A stretch of DNA of 64,000 nt, taken from assembly GCA_951804945.1 (NCBI GenBank), contig OX638161.1, positions 47,678,001 to 47,742,000 on the forward strand, read 5' to 3'. Of this stretch, positions 35,623-48,791 are shown one piece after another. The stretch comes from Podarcis cretensis. Lineage: Eukaryota. The notes beneath the pieces were generated by a model. The model searched no databases. It had not been told where the DNA came from and saw nothing but the letters and a program-made list of their open reading frames with translations. The translations under genes were made by a program, and so were the position numbers. Position 1 is the first letter of the stretch, and the number at the start of each line of letters is the position of its first letter.

Positions 35623-36585
35623 ATGGAGAACCAAACAAAGATCAATGAGTTTTTACTGCTGGGATTCACTGAGAACGCCAAACTAGAGATATTTTTCTTT
35701 GTCCTTTTCTTAATCATGTACCTGATGGCAGTAACGGGAAACATGATCATTATCACTATCACTCTCATGGATTTCCGCCTCAGGACACCCATGTATTTCT
35801 TCCTCCGGAATTATGCCATCTTGGAGATTGGATATACCACTGCTGCCATCCCAAAAGCATTGTTCAACCTTGCATCTGGCAGGAAAACAATCTCGTATGC
35901 TGGATGTTTAAGCCAATCGTTTTTCTATTTCTTCCTGGGCACCACAGATTTCTTCCTGCTGACTGTGATGTCCTTTGACCGATATATGGCCATCTGCAAC
36001 CCCCTAAGATATACCACCATTATGAATGAGAAATTCTGCACACTTTTGGTGCTCTTCTCCTGGATTGGATCACTTGCTGTGATTTTGGCTCAAACTTTGC
36101 TATATATTCAATTTCCTATTTGTGGTTCAAACATCATTGACCATTTCTTCTGCGACAGCAAACCATTACTCCATCTTCTCTGTGGTGACACACATTTCTT
36201 GGAGCTCTCCGACTTTATTATTTCGGTGTTTACAGTACTGGGGACTTTTGTTATTACCGTTGTGTCCTATGTGAATATAATCTCAACTGTTCTCCACATC
36301 CCAAGTGCTGCAGGGAGGCAGAAGGCCTTTTCCACCTGTGCTTCCCACATCACCATTGTCACTGTCGCCTATGGAAGCTGCATCTCTATGTACATCATAC
36401 CTGAACAAGATGGTGGGCAAAACTTCAACAAGGTTGTGGCCATTCTTAACAATGTGGTTTGTCCTCTAATGACCCCCTTTGTGTACAGCCTGAGGAACAG
36501 GCAGGTCCAAGATGCTTTGAAAAATGCGTTTGCCTGCAAGCATGTATTTAATAAAATGCAGAGAAACTCATGCAGTTTGAAATGA
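35623..36585 (+). CDS. Olfactory receptor, OR6-like (copy R1)
   Basis: Intact 320 aa with OR motifs. Confidence 0.96.
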   Translation: MENQTKINEFLLLGFTENAKLEIFFFVLFLIMYLMAVTGNMIIITITLMDFRLRTPMYFFLRNYAILEIGYTTAAIPKALFNLASGRKTISYAGCLSQSFFYFFLGTTDFFLLTVMSFDRYMAICNPLRYTTIMNEKFCTLLVLFSWIGSLAVILAQTLLYIQFPICGSNIIDHFFCDSKPLLHLLCGDTHFLELSDFIISVFTVLGTFVITVVSYVNIISTVLHIPSAAGRQKAFSTCASHITIVTVAYGSCISMYIIPEQDGGQNFNKVVAILNNVVCPLMTPFVYSLRNRQVQDALKNAFACKHVFNKMQRNSCSLK

Positions 36586-37171
36586 TGGAAGGAAGAGGGA
36601 GTTATGAACTGGTTGAAATAGACCCATGATACTTCTTATGGAGTTTCAGAAGTCCAAATAAATAGTTTTCTCGTTAAAACAAAAGCCTTCACTGGTGTGG
36701 AAAACCTCTGAATTATCACCAGATCCTTATTTCATATTCGGAAGATCATAGAATCATAGTTTTAGGCAGTGTTATTTTTCTATAAAAGAGAAGACGGACG
36801 TCATGGAGTTTGAAACAATGGGAGGAAGGGGAAATGTGAAGTGACTAAAATAGGCTCATGAAACATTTTGTGGTATATCTGAAGCCCAAATAAACCAATT
36901 TCTTTTAAAATAAGCATTGGTTTCCAAAAGTCAATGAACTTGGCATTTCATGTGTGCCGCTTGAATTTCAAGCAACAGAAAACTCTGTTCTACATAACTG
37001 GATACTGGTAATCAGTCTTACTCCCAGTATGGTTGTTTTAAGAAAACTTAAGCTTTTTGTGGACATTGTGTTTTTATTTCTTTCACACATACCAATCACT
37101 GTATCTTTTTCAAGGAAGAACTCTTTACTGTAGAAGATTAAGTAACCCTTTAAGTGCCACTAGGGGCAGCA

Positions 37172-37541
37172 GGTGGCGCTGTGGGTAAAAGCCTCAGCGC
37201 CTAGGGCTTGCCGATCGAAAGGTCGGCGGTTCGAATCCCTGCGGCGGGGTGCGCTCCCGTCGTTCGGTCCCAGCGCCTGCCAACCTAGCAGTTCGAAAGC
37301 ACCCCTGGGTGCAAGTAGATAAATAGGGACCGCTTACTAGCGGGAAGGTAAACGGCGTTTCCGTGTGCGGCTCTGGCTCTGGCTCTGGCTCTGGCCAGAG
37401 CAGCGATGTCACGCTGGCCACGTGACCCGGAAGTGTCTCCGGACAGCGCTGGCCCCCGGCCTCTTGAGTGAGATGGGCGCACCAACCCCAGAGTCTGGCA
37501 AGACTGGCCCGTACGGGCAGGGGTACCTTTACCTTTACCTT
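37172..37541 (+). mobile_element. Sauria SINE
   Basis: (ACCTTT)n tail; TSD TAGGGG(G)CAGCA; empty sites at 8490 and 61021. Confidence 0.93.
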
Positions 37542-38092
37542 TAGGGGGCAGCAAATATAACGAAATGCTGTGCAGTTTTGTCAGCACAACAACCGTCTGA
37601 GGCAGGAAGCCTGTGCCCCTGTTCATATATTCTGCCAGGGTGGTTCCAAGTCACTGGTCACACCTATACCATACATTTAATGCACTCTTATACCACTTTA
37701 AAAACCATGGCTTTCCCCAAAGATTTCTGGGAACTGCAGTTTACTGAGGGTGCTGGGAATTGCAGCTCTGCAAAGGTTTGACTAGCAACCCTCATGCGAC
37801 CTCCGCTCTTGTGAAAACTGGGCCTTCTGGTTGGAATACCCTATTGTGAAAATGGACCCATTTTTAATCACTGCAGACCATCACTGAAACAGGCAAAGGA
37901 GAGGGGTGCTGCCTATAGACAGAGCAAGGGTAGCTAACCTGTGGTCCTACCAAAGTTAACCACCACTGATGTACAGAGATCCAAAGATACATTTTTGCCA
38001 TCTTCTAAAAGGGTCCTTGGGCAACATATATAACCACTCATTATAGTCGTTTTCTTGCTTTGCTCAACATGCTGACAGGTCCAGTGTGTATG

Positions 38093-38144
<52 letters not shown>

Positions 38145-39109
38145 ATCGGGGACTTCCTGCACTTGGCCAATTGTTTTCTGTCCTTAGTTATGGGTGCAAC
38201 ACATTCCACTGTGGGGGGCAGGGAGGGCTGAGTGGCAGAGCACCTGATTTCCACACAGAAAGTCCTGGGTTCAATTGCTACCAATTTCAGATAGGCCTGG
38301 GAAAGACTGGAATAATCATCAGCTCCTAACCTGGAGATTGAATTTGGGTCGCTCTGAATCTGGCAGTGGCTGCTGGGAGCTGTGGTCCAAACATGTGGAG
38401 AACATGGGTTGGAGAAGGCTAATCTGTGCAAATTAACGCAGCTTTGTTCCACTTAAGAATGAACATCCTCCTCCCAAGGGACCTTTAAATAAAGCTTGTC
38501 TCACTAGTATTCCATGGAGAGGATGATGGAAGACACCCAGCCATGATAAGATTTAAGTGAGACAGGAACTCTATATTATAGATCTGGTGCTGATAGCTGC
38601 ATCATACCATGGTAAAGCATATTATTGCATATTATACTGCTTTGCTTTATGAAGGTATTCAGCGTTTTCTTATTTTCATTATGGGCAAACACATCAATTA
38701 TTCCTTTTTCTGAGAGAGACATATCTAGGGTAGTATCAGTGCCAAGCTATATGATTAAATAGTTAACTAGTACAAAATTTGGGCAAATCAGCTTGAATTT
38801 ACATATTTTTTTAAGTCTTCATGAAAAATATTCTCTTAATGTGCACATTTCTTCCTAATCTACATGTTTTTTTAAAGCAATTTATTATAATATAATTAAC
38901 TTTGGCATGTTATTGTCACCAATGTGTGCATTTTTATGGACTTTCTACCCTAGTATATGCACATCTGCACCCACTACTTGGCTGGAGAACAGCATTCCAA
39001 AATTTCGAGAACTGAAATTTTTGAAAAGGACACCCCCCCCCCCCCGTTTATGTGTTATTAGTTGTTTTGAAAGCCTTCAACAACACACATTTAACAACAA
39101 TGTAATGTG

Positions 39110-39600
39110 AAGAATGTTGATGCTTTCCGTAACAACTTTGCTCCCACGCTTTTGCTGAGTCGGTTGTCCTTCTGTGGCGATAATGTCATAGACCATTTTT
39201 TCTGTGACTATGGTCCAATGATAAAACTTCCTTGAAATCAGGTGCAGCTCCTTCTGGCTCTGGAGGACTTTCTGTCTGGACCGGTGTTAGTCACCTCCTT
39301 TTCTGTCATGGGTCTCTCCGATGTCTACATCATTGCAACCATCTTGCACATGTACTCCATAAAAGGTCAGCAAAAGACGTTTCCAACCTGCGCTTCTCAC
39401 AGCAGAGCCACATCCATCTTTTATGGCAGTGCAATATTCATGTACTCCTTGCCCAGCCAGGGATGATCTGGGGATGTCCAGAAGGGAGTTGCAGTCCTTA
39501 CTGGAGCGTTTACACCATTTTTGAACCCTTTTATTTATAGTCTAAGGAATGAGAAGGTCAATGAAGCCTTCAAAGACTATCTGAAAAGGAGGAAATCTGA
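39110..39600 (+). pseudogene. OR pseudogene fragment
   Basis: [27 protein letters not shown] with internal stops. Confidence 0.85.
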
Positions 39601-39705
39601 ACACGTGTGGTCCTTTTTTACAAAGTGGCTGGCAAATTAGGGAGGCTCTAGGGTGGTGAATTAGTGGCAGCAATGTCTGTTGTTTGTGGCAGCAATGTTT
39701 GTAGT

Positions 39706-40125
39706 TTGTAGCTGGACCATCAAAAAGGCTGATCACCGAAGAATTGATGCTTTTGAATTATGGTGCTGGAGGAGACTCTTGAGAGTCCCATGGACTGCAA
39801 GAAGATCAAACCTCTCCATTCTTAAGGAAATCAGCCCTGAGTGCTCACTGGAAGGACAGATCATGAAGCTGAGGCTCCAATACTTTGGCCACCTCATGAG
39901 AAGAAAAGACTCCCTGGAAAAGACCCTGATGTTGGGAAAGATGGAGGGCACAAGGAGAAGGGGACGACAGAGGACGAGATGGTTGGACAGTGTTCTCGAA
40001 GCTACAAACATGAGTCTGACCAAACTGCGGGAGGCAGTGGAAGACAGGAGTGCCTGGCGTGCTCTGGTCCATGGGGTCACGAAGAATCGGACACGACTAA
40101 ACGACTAAACAACAACAACAACAAC
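39706..40125 (+). mobile_element. 5'-truncated Bov-B (duplicate of 5636-6079)
   Basis: Same truncation point and TSD ATGTTTGTAGT. Confidence 0.95.
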
Positions 40126-40905
40126 ATGTTTGTAGTAGGTTGAGGCCCTTTCCTTTGGTACAAAGATACAGATCCCATCTTCCAACTGGCAATATCAAGG
40201 CAACCTACAACCTGTTATATGCCTACAGGAAAGCTGTATGTAGGACCTGAGTGCAGCAGCACCCAGAAAGCAGAGTGGTGGCTAAAAATTCCCTCGCTCC
40301 CCTTTCAACTTATTCCTTTTACAACCCCCCCCCCCCCCAAAAAAAAAAAAAACATTTTATGGCAGAAATCCTTAGCAATTTGGAATGGAATGGTAAACCT
40401 GCCATCCACCCAACATGCCTTTACCTACCCTAAAATGTCCCTCATAAATCCTGCCTTTTCTGGGGCACAACTGATCTCATGAACAGGTATGTGTCCAGCC
40501 CTGTATAAATGTCAGGAAAGCACTCATTTCACTGCATAATAAGGGATTTATCAGTGTGTGAGAGCATATCTATATATATGTGTTTATCTGTTTGGCAGGA
40601 CTATTATTTTTAAAGGATCAAATTGATGTAGAAACAGAATTAAGGCATGTGAATGAGATGTGAGCCAAAATCCTATTTTGATTACATATAGTACATCTAT
40701 AATACTCCCCTCTCCCTCTCCCGAAAAAACACCCTCAGATTGAAGGGGAAAGACCTGAGGGGTGAATGCCAGCTATGCTCTTTTGAAGGAAGACAGCTGA
40801 AGGCAGCCCTGTATCAGGAAATTTTTAATGTCTGATGTTTTACAATTTTTTATATATGCTGTAAGTGGCCCAGAGTGGCTGGGGAAACCCAGCCAGATGG
40901 GTGGG

Positions 40906-40961
<56 letters not shown>

Positions 40962-42207
40962 GTTGTTATTACTATTACTATTACTATTTACAGCAGAATT
41001 TGACCACTTTTGCCATTATATTCATAGTATTCCCTCCCTTCCACCTGTGTTTCTTTAGGCACTGTGGCTGGACTCCAATTACACACTTTTTGAAATCTTA
41101 GAGCTCTCTCACAACCATTTTGGGCAGGAAGGTTTCTATGTACTCTGACTTCAGGCCACAGATGCCGTACATGGTAATTTTCTGACCTGAGCTCCATGAC
41201 AGTTAGCAAAGTTGTTGTAGCAATTTCCTGCCACAATCCCATTTGCTCAGCTTGTGATTTTGGTAATCCAACCATTGTCACAGTGAAGTCAGACTCTCTT
41301 TCAGGGCAGAGGCAGTCACAATACAATGGACATGGTGTGATGAGGTATTATGGAGCCTGAGGCAAAGGGCATGATGTCACCTTCCCTCCAGCTACAGAAA
41401 CTGTCTATACTGTGGCAGCTGACTCTTACATCAACACTGGTGACACAGTGAAGTCCTCTGCCAAACTTTAGCTGAAGGAATATATGGCAGGGCTTGTGGT
41501 ATCCACAACTCTATCCTCAACATTGCACTGATACCGTTCAGCATCTGTTCCATAAGGTAACTGCCTCACTCAGCCTAAGTTAGGACTGACCATGGTGATG
41601 TGCAAATTCACTAACTGTCTTCCTCATGCACTATCTCACAAACACTGTTATTAAGTCTTCATTAAGTGGAAGTACTAACCATTTGTGTGAATGTCAATAA
41701 CCAATAAATATTGGTGGTCCCAATGAATTTCTTTGCAGATAAGTTGTCAGACAAGGACTTTGCAGGTGATCAGTTCAGTGTTTGCATGTGTGCTTGACTC
41801 TTTGCATGTGTGCTTTGGATAAAAATGGCACTTGTAAATGGACATTTTCCCTCTATCTTTGCAGGTATGGTCAGTTGAATCCAGTTGTGTGAATTTCCAC
41901 AGATTATTTAGCTCAGCTGGAAGAGCATGAGACTCTTAATCTTATGGTCTTGGCTTCAGGTCCCACACTGGGCAAAAAGATTTTTGCATTGCAGGTGTTT
42001 TGACTAGATGACCGTTGTGGTCCCTTTAACTTCATGATTCTATGACTCCGATTCTGAGTCAATGTATGAAACAGGAGGCTGAACTATATGCTTACCTGGT
42101 CTGATCCAGGGAGGCTTGGCTTAACTTCATAATGATGAGGATGAGGATGATGCTACTTATCTATACTCATCTTTTGCCAGCAGATAACTCATGAAAGTCA
42201 AGACTTT

Positions 42208-43170
42208 ATGGAGAACCAAACAAAGATCAATGAGTTTTTACTGCTGGGATTCACTGAGAATGGCAAACTAGAGATATTTTTCTTTGTCCTTTTCTTAATC
42301 ATGTACCTGATGGCAGTAACGGGAAACATGATCATTATCACTATCACTCTCATGGATTTCCGCCTCAGGACACCCATGTATTTCTTCCTCCGGAATTATG
42401 CCATCTTGGAGATTGGATATACCACTGCTGCCATCCCAAAAGCATTGTTCAACCTTGCATCTGGCAGGAAAACAATCTCGTATGCTGGATGTTTAAGCCA
42501 ATCGTTTTTCTATTTCTTCCTGGGCACCACAGATTTCTTCCTGCTGACTGTGATGTCCTTTGACCGATATATGGCCATCTGCAACCCCCTAAGATATACC
42601 ACCATTATGAATGAGAAATTCTGCACACTTTTGGTGCTCTTCTCCTGGATTGGATCACTTGCTGTGATTTTGGCTCAAACTTTGCTATATATTCAATTTC
42701 CTATTTGTGGTTCAAACATCATTGACCATTTCTTCTGCGACAGCAAACCATTACTCCATCTTCTCTGTGGTGACACACATTTCTTGGAGCTCTCCGACTT
42801 TATTATTTCGGTGTTTACAGTACTGGGGACTTTTGTTATTACCGTTGTGTCCTATGTGAATATAATCTCAACTGTTCTCCACATCCCAAGTGCTGCAGGG
42901 AGGCAGAAGGCCTTTTCCACCTGTGCTTCCCACATCACCATTGTCACTGTCGCCTATGGAAGCTGCATCTCTATGTACATCATACCTGAACAAGATGGTG
43001 GGCAAAACTTCAACAAGGTTGTGGCCATTCTTAACAATGTGGTTTGTCCTCTAATGACCCCCTTTGTGTACAGCCTGAGGAACAGGCAGGTCCAAGATGC
43101 TTTGAAAAATGCGTTTGCCTGCAAGCATGTATTTAATAAAATGCAGAGAAACTCATGCAGTTTGAAATGA
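42208..43170 (+). CDS. Olfactory receptor, OR6-like (copy R2; R3/R1 chimera)
   Basis: Intact 320 aa; differs from R1 only at residue 19. Confidence 0.92.
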   Translation: MENQTKINEFLLLGFTENGKLEIFFFVLFLIMYLMAVTGNMIIITITLMDFRLRTPMYFFLRNYAILEIGYTTAAIPKALFNLASGRKTISYAGCLSQSFFYFFLGTTDFFLLTVMSFDRYMAICNPLRYTTIMNEKFCTLLVLFSWIGSLAVILAQTLLYIQFPICGSNIIDHFFCDSKPLLHLLCGDTHFLELSDFIISVFTVLGTFVITVVSYVNIISTVLHIPSAAGRQKAFSTCASHITIVTVAYGSCISMYIIPEQDGGQNFNKVVAILNNVVCPLMTPFVYSLRNRQVQDALKNAFACKHVFNKMQRNSCSLK

Positions 43171-43756
43171 TGGAAGGAAGAGGGAGTTATGAACTGGTTG
43201 AAATAGACCCATGATACTTCTTATGGAGTTTCAGAAGTCCAAATAAATAGTTTTCTCGTTAAAACAAAAGCCTTCACTGGTGTGGAAAACCTCTGAATTA
43301 TCACCAGATCCTTATTTCATATTCGGAAGATCATAGAATCATAGTTTTAGGCAGTGTTATTTTTCTATAAAAGAGAAGACGGACGTCATGGAGTTTGAAA
43401 CAATGGGAGGAAGGGGAAATGTGAAGTGACTAAAATAGGCTCATGAAACATTTTGTGGTATATCTGAAGCCCAAATAAACCAATTTCTTTTAAAATAAGC
43501 ATTGGTTTCCAAAAGTCAATGAACTTGGCATTTCATGTGTGCCGCTTGAATTTCAAGCAACAGAAAACTCTGTTCTACATAACTGGATACTGGTAATCAG
43601 TCTTACTCCCAGTATGGTTGTTTTAAGAAAACTTAAGCTTTTTGTGGACATTGTGTTTTTATTTCTTTCACACATACCAATCACTGTATCTTTTTCAAGG
43701 AAGAACTCTTTACTGTAGAAGATTAAGTAACCCTTTAAGTGCCACTAGGGGCAGCA

Positions 43757-44126
43757 GGTGGCGCTGTGGGTAAAAGCCTCAGCGCCTAGGGCTTGCCGAT
43801 CGAAAGGTCGGCGGTTCGAATCCCTGCGGCGGGGTGCGCTCCCGTCGTTCGGTCCCAGCGCCTGCCAACCTAGCAGTTCGAAAGCACCCCTGGGTGCAAG
43901 TAGATAAATAGGGACCGCTTACTAGCGGGAAGGTAAACGGCGTTTCCGTGTGCGGCTCTGGCTCTGGCTCTGGCTCTGGCCAGAGCAGCGATGTCACGCT
44001 GGCCACGTGACCCGGAAGTGTCTCCGGACAGCGCTGGCCCCCGGCCTCTTGAGTGAGATGGGCGCACCAACCCCAGAGTCTGGCAAGACTGGCCCGTACG
44101 GGCAGGGGTACCTTTACCTTTACCTT
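43757..44126 (+). mobile_element. Sauria SINE (duplicate)
   Basis: Matches 37172-37541. Confidence 0.93.
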
Positions 44127-44677
44127 TAGGGGGCAGCAAATATAACGAAATGCTGTGCAGTTTTGTCAGCACAACAACCGTCTGAGGCAGGAAGCCTGTG
44201 CCCCTGTTCATATATTCTGCCAGGGTGGTTCCAAGTCACTGGTCACACCTATACCATACATTTAATGCACTCTTATACCACTTTAAAAACCATGGCTTTC
44301 CCCAAAGATTTCTGGGAACTGCAGTTTACTGAGGGTGCTGGGAATTGCAGCTCTGCAAAGGTTTGACTAGCAACCCTCATGCGACCTCCGCTCTTGTGAA
44401 AACTGGGCCTTCTGGTTGGAATACCCTATTGTGAAAATGGACCCATTTTTAATCACTGCAGACCATCACTGAAACAGGCAAAGGAGAGGGGTGCTGCCTA
44501 TAGACAGAGCAAGGGTAGCTAACCTGTGGTCCTACCAAAGTTAACCACCACTGATGTACAGAGATCCAAAGATACATTTTTGCCATCTTCTAAAAGGGTC
44601 CTTGGGCAACATATATAACCACTCATTATAGTCGTTTTCTTGCTTTGCTCAACATGCTGACAGGTCCAGTGTGTATG

Positions 44678-44729
<52 letters not shown>

Positions 44730-45693
44730 ATCGGGGACTTCCTGCACTTGGCCAATTGTTTTCTGTCCTTAGTTATGGGTGCAACACATTCCACTGTGGG
44801 GGGCAGGGAGGGCTGAGTGGCAGAGCACCTGATTTCCACACAGAAAGTCCTGGGTTCAATTGCTACCAATTTCAGATAGGCCTGGGAAAGACTGGAATAA
44901 TCATCAGCTCCTAACCTGGAGATTGAATTTGGGTCGCTCTGAATCTGGCAGTGGCTGCTGGGAGCTGTGGTCCAAACATGTGGAGAACATGGGTTGGAGA
45001 AGGCTAATCTGTGCAAATTAACGCAGCTTTGTTCCACTTAAGAATGAACATCCTCCTCCCAAGGGACCTTTAAATAAAGCTTGTCTCACTAGTATTCCAT
45101 GGAGAGGATGATGGAAGACACCCAGCCATGATAAGATTTAAGTGAGACAGGAACTCTATATTATAGATCTGGTGCTGATAGCTGCATCATACCATGGTAA
45201 AGCATATTATTGCATATTATACTGCTTTGCTTTATGAAGGTATTCAGCGTTTTCTTATTTTCATTATGGGCAAACACATCAATTATTCCTTTTTCTGAGA
45301 GAGACATATCTAGGGTAGTATCAGTGCCAAGCTATATGATTAAATAGTTAACTAGTACAAAATTTGGGCAAATCAGCTTGAATTTACATATTTTTTTAAG
45401 TCTTCATGAAAAATATTCTCTTAATGTGCACATTTCTTCCTAATCTACATGTTTTTTTAAAGCAATTTATTATAATATAATTAACTTTGGCATGTTATTG
45501 TCACCAATGTGTGCATTTTTATGGACTTTCTACCCTAGTATATGCACATCTGCACCCACTACTTGGCTGGAGAACAGCATTCCAAAATTTCGAGAACTGA
45601 AATTTTTGAAAAGGACACCCCCCCCCCCCGTTTATGTGTTATTAGTTGTTTTGAAAGCCTTCAACAACACACATTTAACAACAATGTAATGTG

Positions 45694-46185
45694 AAGAATG
45701 TTGATGCTTTCCGTAACAACTTTGCTCCCACGCTTTTGCTGAGTCGGTTGTCCTTCTGTGGCGATAATGTCATAGACCATTTTTTCTGTGACTATGGTCC
45801 AATGATAAAACTTCCTTGAAATCAGGTGCAGCTCCTTCTGGCTCTGGAGGACTTTCTGTCTGGACCGGTGTTAGTCACCTCCTTTTCTGTCATGGGTCTC
45901 TCCGATGTCTACATCATTGCAACCATCTTGCACATGTACTCCATAAAAGGTCAGCAAAAGACGTTTCCAACCTGCGCTTCTCACAGCAGAGCCACATCCA
46001 TCTTTTATGGCAGTGCAATATTCATGTACTCCTTGCCCAGCCAGGGATGATCTGGGGATGTCCAGAAGGGAGTTGCAGTCCTTACTGGAGCGTTTACACC
46101 ATTTTTGAACCCTTTTATTTATAGTCTAAGGAATGAGAAGGTCAATGAAGCCTTCAAAGACTATCTGAAAAGGAGGAAATCTGAA
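45694..46185 (+). pseudogene. OR pseudogene fragment (duplicate)
   Basis: Matches 39110-39600. Confidence 0.85.
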
Positions 46186-46289
46186 CACGTGTGGTCCTTT
46201 TTTACAAAGTGGCTGGCAAATTAGGGAGGCTCTAGGGTGGTGAATTAGTGGCAGCAATGTCTGTTGTTTGTGGCAGCAATGTTTGTAGT

Positions 46290-46709
46290 TTGTAGCTGGA
46301 CCATCAAAAAGGCTGATCACCGAAGAATTGATGCTTTTGAATTATGGTGCTGGAGGAGACTCTTGAGAGTCCCATGGACTGCAAGAAGATCAAACCTCTC
46401 CATTCTTAAGGAAATCAGCCCTGAGTGCTCACTGGAAGGACAGATCATGAAGCTGAGGCTCCAATACTTTGGCCACCTCATGAGAAGAAAAGACTCCCTG
46501 GAAAAGACCCTGATGTTGGGAAAGATGGAGGGCACAAGGAGAAGGGGACGACAGAGGACGAGATGGTTGGACAGTGTTCTCGAAGCTACAAACATGAGTC
46601 TGACCAAACTGCGGGAGGCAGTGGAAGACAGGAGTGCCTGGCGTGCTCTGGTCCATGGGGTCACGAAGAATCGGACACGACTAAACGACTAAACAACAAC
46701 AACAACAAC
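46290..46709 (+). mobile_element. 5'-truncated Bov-B (duplicate)
   Basis: Same truncation point and TSD. Confidence 0.95.
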
Positions 46710-47489
46710 ATGTTTGTAGTAGGTTGAGGCCCTTTCCTTTGGTACAAAGATACAGATCCCATCTTCCAACTGGCAATATCAAGGCAACCTACAACCTGTT
46801 ATATGCCTACAGGAAAGCTGTATGTAGGACCTGAGTGCAGCAGCACCCAGAAAGCAGAGTGGTGGCTAAAAATTCCCTCGCTCCCCTTTCAACTTATTCC
46901 TTTTACAACCCCCCCCCCCCCAAAAAAAAAAAAAAACATTTTATGGCAGAAATCCTTAGCAATTTGGAATGGAATGGTAAACCTGCCATCCACCCAACAT
47001 GCCTTTACCTACCCTAAAATGTCCCTCATAAATCCTGCCTTTTCTGGGGCACAACTGATCTCATGAACAGGTATGTGTCCAGCCCTGTATAAATGTCAGG
47101 AAAGCACTCATTTCACTGCATAATAAGGGATTTATCAGTGTGTGAGAGCATATCTATATATATGTGTTTATCTGTTTGGCAGGACTATTATTTTTAAAGG
47201 ATCAAATTGATGTAGAAACAGAATTAAGGCATGTGAATGAGATGTGAGCCAAAATCCTATTTTGATTACATATAGTACATCTATAATACTCCCCTCTCCC
47301 TCTCCCGAAAAAACACCCTCAGATTGAAGGGGAAAGACCTGAGGGGTGAATGCCAGCTATGCTCTTTTGAAGGAAGACAGCTGAAGGCAGCCCTGTATCA
47401 GGAAATTTTTAATGTCTGATGTTTTACAATTTTTTATATATGCTGTAAGTGGCCCAGAGTGGCTGGGGAAACCCAGCCAGATGGGTGGG

Positions 47490-47545
<56 letters not shown>

Positions 47546-48791
47546 GTTGTTATTACTATTACTATTACTATTTACAGCAGAATTTGACCACTTTTGCCAT
47601 TATATTCATAGTATTCCCTCCCTTCCACCTGTGTTTCTTTAGGCACTGTGGCTGGACTCCAATTACACACTTTTTGAAATCTTAGAGCTCTCTCACAACC
47701 ATTTTGGGCAGGAAGGTTTCTATGTACTCTGACTTCAGGCCACAGATGCCGTACATGGTAATTTTCTGACCTGAGCTCCATGACAGTTAGCAAAGTTGTT
47801 GTAGCAATTTCCTGCCACAATCCCATTTGCTCAGCTTGTGATTTTGGTAATCCAACCATTGTCACAGTGAAGTCAGACTCTCTTTCAGGGCAGAGGCAGT
47901 CACAATACAATGGACATGGTGTGATGAGGTATTATGGAGCCTGAGGCAAAGGGCATGATGTCACCTTCCCTCCAGCTACAGAAACTGTCTATACTGTGGC
48001 AGCTGACTCTTACATCAACACTGGTGACACAGTGAAGTCCTCTGCCAAACTTTAGCTGAAGGAATATATGGCAGGGCTTGTGGTATCCACAACTCTATCC
48101 TCAACATTGCACTGATACCGTTCAGCATCTGTTCCATAAGGTAACTGCCTCACTCAGCCTAAGTTAGGACTGACCATGGTGATGTGCAAATTCACTAACT
48201 GTCTTCCTCATGCACTATCTCACAAACACTGTTATTAAGTCTTCATTAAGTGGAAGTACTAACCATTTGTGTGAATGTCAATAACCAATAAATATTGGTG
48301 GTCCCAATGAATTTCTTTGCAGATAAGTTGTCAGACAAGGACTTTGCAGGTGATCAGTTCAGTGTTTGCATGTGTGCTTGACTCTTTGCATGTGTGCTTT
48401 GGATAAAAATGGCACTTGTAAATGGACATTTTCCCTCTATCTTTGCAGGTATGGTCAGTTGAATCCAGTTGTGTGAATTTCCACAGATTATTTAGCTCAG
48501 CTGGAAGAGCATGAGACTCTTAATCTTATGGTCTTGGCTTCAGGTCCCACACTGGGCAAAAAGATTTTTGCATTGCAGGTGTTTTGACTAGATGACCGTT
48601 GTGGTCCCTTTAACTTCATGATTCTATGACTCCGATTCTGAGTCAATGTATGAAACAGGAGGCTGAACTATATGCTTACCTGGTCTGATCCAGGGAGGCT
48701 TGGCTTAACTTCATAATGATGAGGATGAGGATGATGCTACTTATCTATACTCATCTTTTGCCAGCAGATAACTCATGAAAGTCAAGACTTT

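Noticed and set aside
36571-36585. C-terminal CSLK as a CaaX prenylation signal
   Set aside because: Lys at X and Ser at a1 fit poorly; no other support
37700-37775. GGGAACTGCAGT / GGGAATTGCAG ZNF143-like motifs
   Set aside because: Internal to an abundant lizard palindromic repeat; nothing ties them to a promoter here
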